A stretch of DNA of 64,000 bases from Phoronis australis. Lineage: Eukaryota; Animalia; Phoronida. Numbering within the stretch: position 1 is the stretch's first letter; every line of letters starts with the position of its first letter. A program made the position numbers and the translations under genes. Below are positions 12,901 to 24,900 of the stretch, piece by piece. The notes below the pieces were generated by a model, which was not told where the DNA came from, did no database searches, and saw nothing but the letters and a program-made list of their open reading frames with translations. Location: the NCBI GenBank assembly GCA_002633005.1, contig NMRA01000016.1, forward strand, positions 714,443-778,442, read 5' to 3'.

Positions 12901-15900
12901 GCCATGTTTGAAGAGCTTGACTTTTGTTTGTTTTACATGACTAATAACTGAAATAGGGAACTTATTTTTCAACCTTTTGCAGTAAAAATGGTGACGTGCT
13001 TGGCAACTGAAAGTAGTTGAAACAATTGTTTATAATGTGAATGAGCAGAGAGGAAGACTACAGAGCATGCAAATTGTATCACGTTTGGATGTTTGCTGAG
13101 TGATAACCTTGAAAGGGATGATATTTTTACTGACTGTAACAGCTGTTTGTCAGGTTTTACTCAGTTTTTACTGTACCACTTTTAGTGAATGAAAAGCATT
13201 TTTGATTTTTCCTGGTTTTGCAAGACAAGCGGGAGCCATACCAAACATACAGTACGACAAAAGTAATCATGACAGACAAAATATCATCTCCCACCCTGAC
13301 GGCTAACTCTGTTAAATTGAAAAATGACAAGTAATAACTAATAAAACTGAAAATTCCAACTACAGAATGGTTTAACCACTTTAATAACTTTCCTATTAAT
13401 ATTTCTCTTCATTCTTCGTCTTGAGGGGAGACTACTTCGACATGAATTCAGATGCTGCCCAGCCATCAGGACGAGGAATTCCAGGTCATTTTGCCAGAAT
13501 ACTTTTGGCTTGTACTGTACTATTCACTGGCCAAATGATCACCAAACAGGGAAGGATTCAATATACACACAGCTGTGAGTTTTTTAAAACCACTGTATAC
13601 ATTTGGTACAAGTCAATAGCAGGTGTTTCTTCTGATTATCTAATTGCTAATTAACATTTGGTATAGATCTGACCTACGTTACTAGGGTACTGATTGAATA
13701 ATTACTCTTCACAACATAAATTGACTCCAGCGGCAGTCCTGACAAGGCAGGCTCCAAGCAGAGCAGGTTTCCAATGAACCAAGAGCTTATGTTCTCTGTT
13801 CTTGTAATGGACCGCAATTGGAAACAAATCCTTGTCTCTTTGTGTTTGGCATTTATTTTGCATTTATCCTAAGTTATGTTTCTCTTGTAACTCTGGCATT
13901 TTGTTTCATGCAAAGCGCAACAATGGTAATCAAATCACACCTCAACATTCATACTCAGCATATTTTAAAATACGAGGAACTGATGAGCAACTCAATACTG
14001 ACAGTTTCTTACACATCAAATTCATATCAAGGAACCAACTAATTTTAAATGTTTTGCTCATATTTGCCATGTCTACCAAGACTTTTCTTGGAATATCCCT
14101 ATGTTGATCATTTTTTACTACATGCCATCCAAAAAAAATTGCCAGAAAAACTAGGAAGACTGGAATACAAGTTTCAACAAAAAAGTTTGCACAAAAATAT
14201 ACAATCACAAGGGTGTCAGGTTTACCAACCACTTGACTGACGGAGTTTTGAAATTCCTCCAGTACTTCGTAGGCCATAGAATGCAAAGGCTCTCAGAGTT
14301 TAAAAAACCACTTGACAAGTGTGAATCAGCATGTTGATTTTGCCCGCAAGCACAAGGTGCAGTGAAGAAGCATCCTTTTCACAAGCTAATTCATGGAACT
14401 GCTGAGCTTTTTAACAGGGAGGAGGGACAAGGGGGAGGAACAGCCTCGTCCCCAAAGCTCAAGATGGCGCTGATCGGGTTGAGGATTGGTTATAGGAAAT
14501 GAAACGTGTCAGAATTCTGGACACATTTTTACGGAAATCACCGGAATATCACGAGTAATATGAAGTCATGTCAACTTTGAAATTTTTTGCAGTACAACAT
14601 AAAAATGAGAACTAACAGTATATTGCAGCAATGTAAGTCTAAATTATTGCAAAAATGATGTATTTTAATTCAAAAACAGATTAATTTGCATGATACTAAA
14701 ATGCCAACAACCTTTATTTCAAACAATAACCAAACCAATACTTTCTGCTTCATGAATGGCAGCAACAACGCCTGTGAAAATAATTAAAAACTGCCTTTAT
14801 GTTAATGATGTCAAGACAGCGGCAAAATCATTGCGCAGAAGGTGTTTCCCTTAACAAGTCTCAAATACATGTACTAAACCGATCAGTGCAATCTTGAGGC
14901 TTGGGGACTAGGCTGAGGGAACGCCCTCCCTAAATATATTTTCATCCACTGGCATATCCCTACAGTAATTAGTGACTGAAGTGTCTGTTTTGCAGAAACC
15001 ACAATTTTAAATGAGACAGAAAACTTTGCTACACAGCAAAGACCTTTTTGGAACGCTCTTTTCTGGGACTACATCACTAGTTCTCAAGGGTATGACAAAA
15101 CAAGATTATTCAGTGTGAATCTTTGGAGTCAGTGCACAGCCAGAAATAGGCAGACCAAGCTGTGACAGGCATGTTTATCTTGCACTGACATCACAGACAC
15201 AACAGGGGGGAGTCATGTGACCCTGACAGGCAACTCACAACAGCTGATTCCAGAAGAAGGTATATGGGCACTGGGGCAATTAAAGTAAAACTGAATAAAG
15301 CACTTCTTCACCTATTTGGTACACAGTAAGGCAGACAAGTGAAACTTAATTTTCTTATATTTTTGAGCAATGAATTTATTTAATCTATACTAGTCAAGCT
15401 TGGGTTGTACAGTGTACAGGTGTACATTAAAATGACTACGGGCACGCCGTCCGAAAATGGCGAGACTTTACCACAATTTTGATGACTATTACCAGGCGAA
15501 GTGATGACTACGGTTCTTAAATTTGCAATGGGTATATTTTCACCAGCTGAGAGTACACCGAAGGACAAAAATATTGGACATAACAAATGTCCTTTCACAA
15601 ATACTGCCCTGATATACTATCCCACTTAATGCACAGAGAAAACAGTCAATAAAAAAACATTCATTTCCCACAAGTCAGCCGCAGTTCCTTGTGAGCTGAC
15701 TGAAGAACATTAAACCTTGTAAAACAAGCTGATTTTTTTTCACTTTTTATCTGGTGCAAGTCAGTATGCGGTTTCCTGTTCAGACTTGATGAAATGACCA
15801 GACTGTCTTCCGTGTGAGGTTCATGTCTGAATAAGTGTGATAAAACAAGAGTCAGAATGAAAAGTATACCCTTCACAGCATTGTTCACTTTCAATATGAC

Positions 15901-18900
15901 ACACAACAGACGAGGAAAACATGACTAGTAAAACCGTGATTCATCACAAGATTGACAATGCTCAACAAGCATACAAGACTGGTAAAGCAAACCCTCATGG
16001 TGCTCCAGAAATATAAAAGTTTAAGTGTGATAAACAGTTTTAGTTGGTTGCAAAGGGAGCACTAGAGAAGCTTCTAAATGGGTCGCGCAGTATGAATTAC
16101 ACGTGATGAAGGCCAATGGGACTGTATGCCAGCATTCCAACTTAGCCAGAAAGGCATGCAGTTTATTACCTGCAACTGGTGAGGTGTTTGCGACTTGGAC
16201 GATGGCGTGTTGTCATAGAACACACTTTGAGTATTGTCGTAGATTTCCTCCGATACCTGACCGTCAACGGGGGGCGTGGTNTTTTAACAGGGAGGAGGGA
16301 CAAGGGGGAAGAACAGCCTCGTCCCCAAACCTCAAGATGGCACTGATCGGGTTGAGGATTGGTTATAGGAAATGAAACGTGTCAGAATTCTGGACACATT
16401 TTTACGGAAATCACCGGAATATCACGAGTAATATAAAGTCATGTCAACTTTTTTGCAGTACAACATAAAAATGAGAACTAACGGTATATTGCAGCAATAT
16501 AGGTCTAAATTATTGCAAAAATGATGTATTTTAATTCAAAAACAGATTAATTTGCATGATACTAATATGACAACAACCTTTATTTCAAACAAGAACCAAA
16601 ACAATACCTTCTGCTTGATGAATGGCAGCAACAACGCCTGTGAAAATAATTAAAAACTGCCTTTATGTTAATGATGTCAAGGCAGCGGCAAAATGATTGC
16701 GCAGAAGGTATTTCCCTTAACAAGTCTCAAATACATGTACTAAACCGATCAGTGCAATCTTGAGGCTTGGGGACTAAGCTGAGGGAACGCCCTCCCAAAA
16801 TATATTTTCAGCCACTGGCATGTCCCCTCAGTAATTAGTGGCTGAAGTATCTGTTTTGCTGAAACCACTGTTTCAACTGAGACAGAAAACTTTGCTACAC
16901 AGCAAAGACCTTTTTGGAAGGCACTTTTCTGGGACTACATCACTAGTTCTCAAGGGTATGACAAAACAAGATTATTCAGTGTGAATCTTTGGAGTCAGTG
17001 CACAGCCAGAAATAGGCAGACCAAGCTGTGACAGGCATGTTTATCTTGCACTGGCATCACAGACACAACAGGGGGGAGTCATGTGACCCTGACAGGCAAT
17101 TCACAACAGCAGATTCCAGAAGAAGGTATATGGGCACTGGGGCAATTAAAGTAAAACTGAATAAAGCAATTCTTCACCTATTTGGTACACAGTAAGGCAG
17201 ACAAGTGAAATTTAATTTTCTTATATTTTTGAGCAATGAATTTTTTTAATCTATACTAGTCAAGCTTGGGTTGTACAGTGTACAGGTGTACATTAAAATG
17301 ACTACGGGCAGGCTGTCCGAAAATGGCGAGACTTTACCGCAATTTTGATGACTATTACCAGGCGAAGTGATGACTACGGTTCTTAAATTTGCAATAGGTA
17401 TATTTTCACCAGCTGAGAGTACACCGAAGGACAAAAATATTGGACATAACAAATGTCCTTTCACAAATACTGCCCTGATATACTATCCCAATTAATGCAC
17501 AGAGAAAACAGTCAATAAAAAACCATTCATTTCCCACAAGTCAGCCGCAGTTCCTTGTGAGCTGACTGAAGAACATTAAACCTTGTAAAACAAGCTGATT
17601 TTTTTTCACTTTTTATCTGGTGCAAGTCAGTATGCGGTTTCCTGTTCAGACTTGATGAAATGACCAGACTGTCTTCCGTGTGAGGTTCATGTCTGAATAA
17701 GTGTGATAAAACAAGAGTCAGAATGAAAAGTATACCCTTCACAGCATTGTTCACTTTCAATATGACANACTATCCCACTTAATGCACAGAGAAAACAGTC
17801 AATAAAAAAACATTCATTTCCCACAAGTCAGCCGCAGTTCCTTGTGAGCTGACTGAAGAACATTAAACCTTGTAAAACAAGCTGATTTTTTTTCACTTTT
17901 TATCTGGTGCAAGTCAGTATGCGGTTTCCTGTTCAGACTTGATGAAATGACCAGACTGTCTTCCGTGTGAGGTTCATGTCTGAATAAGTGTGATAAAACA
18001 AGAGTCAGAATGAAAAGTATACCCTTCACAGCATTGTTCACTTTCAATATGACACACAACAGACGAGGAAAACATGACTAGTAAAACCGTGATTCATCAC
18101 AAGATTGACAATGCTCAACAAGCATACAAGACTGGTAAAGCAAACCCTCATGGTGCTCCAGAAATATAAAAGTTTAAGTGTGATAAACAGTTTTAGTTGG
18201 TTGCAAAGGGAGCACTAGAGAAGCTTCTAAATGGGTCGCGCAGTATGAATTACACGTGATGAAGGCCAATGGGACTGTATGCCAGCATTCCAACTTAGCC
18301 AGAAAGGCATGCAGTTTATTACCTGCAACTGGTGAGGTGTTTGCGACTTGGACGATGGCGTGTTGTCATAGAACACACTTTGAGTATTGTCGTAGATTTC
18401 CTCCGATACCTGACCGTCAACGGGGGGCGTGGTTTTCTCCCATGGCTTTAAATTGATGTCATAATGACACACGTGTTTACTATCCCCTCCACCAGATGTC
18501 ACTGTGGACGGCTCATCAGGAGGCTTCAGCTCACTATAAATATGCTCTTGCACAACCTTAAATTTTTTGTACTTGGGGTCTACTTCACTATAGATGGGCT
18601 CTTTTTCACCTGAGCTTGATTTAGCTTTACTAAGGTAAGACTGCAGGTTATTATAGACAGTTTCTGCACTGTGCCGACTAGCTGGGGATTTATTTTGGGA
18701 TACTGTGGTGTTCGAAGGATGCGATACACGCACCACTGTGTTCTTCGGTTTGTGGTTTATACTCGCCTCTGAGTCAGTTGAACTAACAATGTGAAGCTTA
18801 CGAACGTCACCATGACGAACCTCGTCATAAATCACAGCGTTATTCTTTCTGTCAGAGTCCAATTTCGGCCATATTGCATCGCTAACGAGTCGCGTAGGGC

Positions 18901-21900
18901 TAAGAGGGGCGCGCTCTCCAGTCGCAAGCTCAAACAACATTCGACTGTGCCTGCGCTCAATGTTCAGTGATAGAGGACGACGGCGGTCTGGTGATTTCTT
19001 GTAGTGTTCCAAATTCAAGGACAGTGGTCGGCCTGGTTTGACCTCCTCATATCTATTGTCCAGATCTAGTGACAGAGGTCTCGCTTTGTGGACTGGAGGG
19101 TGCGTAGGGCTACGAGGATGAGTTGGGCTTCTATCATGCCGTATCTGTAGCGGTATCGTGTCTCTCTGGTACGGCTTCACACGGCGGACCACGTTGGGAT
19201 GACTAGAATAGTTACTATTTTCGACTTTAATTTTGTTCGCATGCTGATCACTACCACTTCCCGCAGACTTGTCCGTGATCACAACGGACACATTGTTCCG
19301 ATCCTGCACGGATTTACTAGCACCTGCCTGTACCTCCACAGTGAACTTGTGAGTTGGTCCTGAGCCAGGCTGATGCCTTATCTTCACCCTAGTTCCGTCC
19401 ACCTCCGACCCTTGTATAGCACCCGTGGTAATCTTAACAGGCACATTAAATGGCACCTTGACAATGCGACACCGTCCATAGTGGATGGCACCACACTGCT
19501 TGATGACGCAGTCCTCACAACTATGAATGGCGCGACAGCACCTCTGATCCACCTTGCTGTTATGCATGGGAGTCACGCGTGTGCAGACATATTTGAAGGT
19601 GACGACATTGGCCTGCATGTTCCTTCACAGCCAAGCCACTAGGAAGACGACTAAGTCCACACACAAATATGTGATTGCCACATCTATGACGGCGTGGCTA
19701 TTACTACAGGACTAGGCTACACTCAGCGTCCTGTGTGGTAATTATTTGCTCCTTTCCAGAACTGAAATGGTACAAAACAGCGATCATATGGAAGACCACT
19801 TAACTAGCACCGTGTGGCAACATTTGCTGCTTTCTATCAAAAAGATATCACAGCACGGCCACTCCAGCAAAATACAAGCTATCGCATCAAGAAAATAGCA
19901 AGATAATACACTATCCTCCTGTCTCTAAGTTCCTAATGAAAACAACCAGAGTGCACTTCATAGCACTTAGCATAAAAGCTTTCAACAAGTGTAAAACCTG
20001 AACATACAGTTTCTGCAACTCTGACAGATCAGCAAAACTCTGAAGAATCACCAATGCCCAGTACTGACCATCTGTGAGGACTTAGAAATGCCATGTAATA
20101 ACCACTAAAGAACAATCATTACCATACAGCCTTCTCTGAAGCCTAATCACAACAAACTCTGGCATAAGCCCCTAAAATAACACCAACCTCATTATCACTG
20201 TCATAAGTCCTACTTGAAATGAACCATGTCAGTGAAATGAAACTCAATCCCACCTACTGACAGTCACCAAGTATGTTAGGGCATGGGTTATGGGTGAGTG
20301 ATTCGAGTTGCAAAACTGGGGTAAATAAGGATTAAGGAATGAATTTTGTGGGCCAACTAGAAAAATAAGTTGGCTACAGAGAAACGCAATTACCTAAGCC
20401 ATAGTCTGAGCACTAAATTTTTCAGGACCAATTCAGTAAATTTTTGTTCAGGCTGCACACAAAAATAATACTGGTCTGTGAAAGCTTAGCCAGACATCAA
20501 GTGTTCTGAACAATACCAGTAAGGATTTAAGTCACTACTGTAATTCATGATAACTAAGCTATATCAGCATAGTTCGTGAGTATGTACTCTGTAGGCCTAC
20601 TGATACCTGGTCCAGACTACAGAGGGCTTCCAATGAGTCACAGAGCCTGTACAAATGCCTCCAAATAAATTGTGCATACAACAACTCGATTCTCGGAATA
20701 ACATATTCAACGTTTAAATGTCAAATATGTGAGCACGTCAAGTGAAATCAGGGTGTTCTACCGCAGCCGAGACGAGGTGCCAATACCAGGTACAAGGGGG
20801 ATAGCCCAGGACTAAGTAGTGACACCCTAGCAAAGGTCATAAGGGCAGAAAGAATGCTGATTTCACTAGCAATAAACACCAAGGTTTACTTTATTATGTA
20901 TCAAGAATGACAACATAACCTTTCAAAACAGAACAAGGGCTTGTGTCACAAAGGACCTCACACTGACACTTCAAAAAAAACTTTAACCCAAGATGATCTA
21001 TTTTGATAGAGTCTAAACAACTAAACTTCAGAAATTTATCTTTCTGACTGCAAAGTATATGACACTGTCCAGGCCACTGCAGTTTTCTAATTCAACAGAT
21101 CAACACAATGGGGGTAAGCCATAAATCTTACCAAGCATTGTTGCCATGGAAACAGTGAATGAAAGATTGATTGGTAATTAGTTATTGTTAAAATGTTTAG
21201 CTAGTCCAGACCCATTGCAAGACCACAGGAAACTAGTTGACCTCTGTCCAAGAAGACTGACAAATGAGTTTGAGTCAAGAACAGTAAATCATGGAATTAA
21301 ATGCTTATCTAGGTAAGTCACTCAGGCAGTGTTGTGCTTGAGCTTGGAATTACGCTTAATCTCAAGATGGTGTACGTGAGAATTTGGAATTACTATTTGT
21401 TCATTTAAAAGCAGTCAGAATAAAGGATTTTTGTATTTATCGGCATTTTCATTTTTGCCCAAACTAGTGTCACAGAATCAGAGGAATAAGTGAACGATTA
21501 ATTAATCATTTGGTGAATAAAGTGGACAATGCCAGTTGAAAAAACACCAGAGTGAAGTTTGGCTAACATTTACACTATTTATCAACATATGATTGATTGA
21601 TGTATGTAGTGCAATTTCTTGTCAACATGAACGTGATTACTTAATTGAACTTCTCACGTATACTTGGACATTACATACATGATTTTGAGACCAAGCAGAA
21701 TTCCAATAAACAACACAACAACACAGTCACTTGCGTTTTCAATTTTGTGTCTTCACAGTGGCTATTAGGCAACGGGCAATTTGATACCATCACTCCTACA
21801 AAATTACTGTCAAACAGCTTTCAAGAACATTATAGTTGTTAATGCAAGAGGTCATAAGGAGTCTACTTCCCAGTAACTCCAACTACTAACCTTAAGGTGG

Positions 21901-24900
21901 TAACCTCGAGCTACGATATACTTAGTATCTATATATCTCCTACAACATAAATCTCACATCCTTTCAGAGTACATGGCTTGCAGCGAACAAAGTACACCAT
22001 AGTGACTGAACAGTTAAGACAGGGCATTGGTGACACCATTAAGGAGTGAGAAAGCAATCCACTACCAGCTACAACTTGAGATGATCTCTCACACATTAAG
22101 CGCTCAGCTAATCACAAGCAAGAGGACTTCAACAGGAAAGTTACGGCAACATGACATACAAGCAACTGTACTCAACATGTTCAGGTCTGCTGGGATTCTC
22201 GGGGTGGAAAGTAAAATGACCTTCAGACTATGTAAACCACAGCTGCTTCTCAAAGAATGTCGCATGCTAATGAGCTATTAACTTAATTAATACACCATAG
22301 TTTTCAGTAAGACTTCAACCTGATCAGCATAAAAAACATACAAAACCACAAACTTCTATAGGCCACAGACAGAAAGGTCACCATCACAGACAGACCAACA
22401 CCATCCAACTAGTTGTCAAACCGCCCGATGGCAAAAGAGTATTATATGGACCGACTCTCCACTTGGCAGGCTCCAGGGCTTGAGGTTCTTGTATGCTCAC
22501 AGCAGTGAACAAGCCAGCTGACTACACAAGACATGGAGGATGGTTCACTGACTGATTGAGCTAACGACTTCCACATGCCAGAAAACCATATATGGAGAGG
22601 GCAACCCCCATGTAGTGTGCTTTTATGCCAATAGGTTTCGCTAGTNTTGCAGCGAACAAAGTACACCATAGTGACTAAACAGTTAAGACAGGGCATTGGT
22701 GACACCATTAAGGAGTGAGAAAGCAATCCACTACCAGCTACAACTTGAGATGATCTCTCACACATTAAGCGCTCGGCTAATCACAAGCAAGAGGACTTCA
22801 ACAGGAAAGTAACGGCAACATGACATACAAGCAACTGTACTCAACATGTTCAGGTCTGCTGGGATTCTCGGGGTGGAAAGTAAAATGACCTTCAGACTAC
22901 GTAAACCACAGCTGCTTCTCAAAGAATGTCGCATGCTAATGAGCTATTAACTTAATTAATACACCATAGTTTTCAGTAAGACTTCAACCTGATCAGCATA
23001 AAAAACATACAAAACCACAAACTTCTATAGGCCACAGACAGAAAGGTCACCATCACAGACAGACCAACACCATCCAACTAGTTGTCAAACCGCCCGATGG
23101 CAAAAGAGTATTATATGGACCGACTCTCCACTTGGCAGGCTCCAGGGCTTGAGGTTCTTGTATGCTCACAGCAGTGAACAAGCCAGCTGACTACACAAGA
23201 CATGGAGGATGGTTCACTGACTGATTGAGCTAACGACTTCCACATGCCAGAAAACCATATATGGAGAGGGCAACCCCCATGTAGTGTGCTTTTATGCCAA
23301 TAGGTTTCGCTAGTTATCGTGACCACACAGCTGGACCAGGAAGCACCAAGATGAATGACTAAGGAGGTGTACGAGTGTGTCATTTGTGAGCTAAAATGTG
23401 ATTTGTGAAATTTTAAGTTCACCGATAGTTTTCAGTGTGATAATAATCAATCCTTATAGAGCAAGTGCACTTCACAGGACTGGATCTAAGATATCAGCTA
23501 GGTAAAACATTAATTATATAATGTGCCAGTTTTTTGAAGGATAGAAATCAAAAGCGACTACTCCAGAACCATAAAATGGCATCATTTTGGGAGCTCTTTA
23601 GATTATGAAACCAAGAAAATTTCAGAGAGTATAAGCAGTCATGACATGCAACCAAATCAATAACACAAGTTAAAGTTTCAAAAAATGACTTAAAACTGTC
23701 ATGGTCAAATTTACACCCATGACAGAAATGATTTCTGCCAAGCTTTAACACATTTCGTATGAATCAGGAGTTTTATCTTTTGTAATAAGCAGACTTAATT
23801 TTTAAGTGATGGTGTAATTTTAATTTTTTTCTGAAGTTAGAACATTGATGAAACAGGCTCTCATATCTAAGGGTACGTAGGACCCTAGAAAAATATCAAC
23901 ATTTGGCTTGCTCCCAAACATAGTATCTCATAAATGACAGATCAGATTGATACGAAACATTCGCCTATAATGCTTGAAGCACTTTTCTGCAAAACTGTGT
24001 TAAAAATTGCTTTTAAAATGTTCCGCTTTTGCCTTAGGGGCTATCAAAAACGAGACTCTCATGATATTTATGAAAAAAATTAAAGATTGCATACAACAAT
24101 AATGAAATATATTAGAAAATTCTAATTGTAGCAATTTTGATTTTACTTTGGGAATTAACAGCCAATGAAATTTTGTCACAGCGTTGTTTTGCTACAAAAT
24201 CAACGTAACCTTCTGTGTTGCGAAATTTTACTAAAAACCAATGGTCACATGATCCAATCAATGGCAGATTGATAAAACAGTTAAAAATTGAAGACTAAAG
24301 GCTTTCTACTTGCAGAGAATATTATATACTTTTATAGACTGGGCTGCTTTTTATAGTTTTATAGATGTGTGGCTGAATGTGCAGATTCAGATTTATAAAT
24401 CGGGTCTCACGTAACCTCAAGTCAGTTTCTTTAGCTTAGACATTAAGAAATAACACCGAGCTTGACTTACAAATACATAGCTGAGTAATAACAAGTAGTG
24501 CTGGGATGACAATTGAATTAAAATGGATGACATGCACTTTTAATGTGATTTTGATGATCTTTCCTTAGTGCTCACGGCGACTGTGATGGGTATATTGGTA
24601 ATACTGTAGATATTTATTTTACAATCTGAAAACTTTTCTTTATGTTATTATCGTCTTTATCATTCTCCTGCAGAACTTTTACGATAGCTGTCAAAGCTCG
24701 AAAATGTGTTTTAAAGTTGTACTTCACACAGAACAGGGCTAAAGTAAAATTAAACTCAACTTTTCAATGACAATGGTAAACGCTTTTGAACGGGACGCTT
24801 TCAAGTAGCAAATGTAGTGAGTGGTCGTGTGGACCGAACCTCGCCGTATGCAACAGCAAAGAATCAGCTCTTCTCAAGGTCCAAAACAGCGGTAATTCAA

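Noticed and set aside
16103-16375. Separate ORF or second copy of exon 1b
   Set aside because: It spans N16281; only the last 110 or so coding nt of exon 1b are duplicated, as part of an assembly overlap
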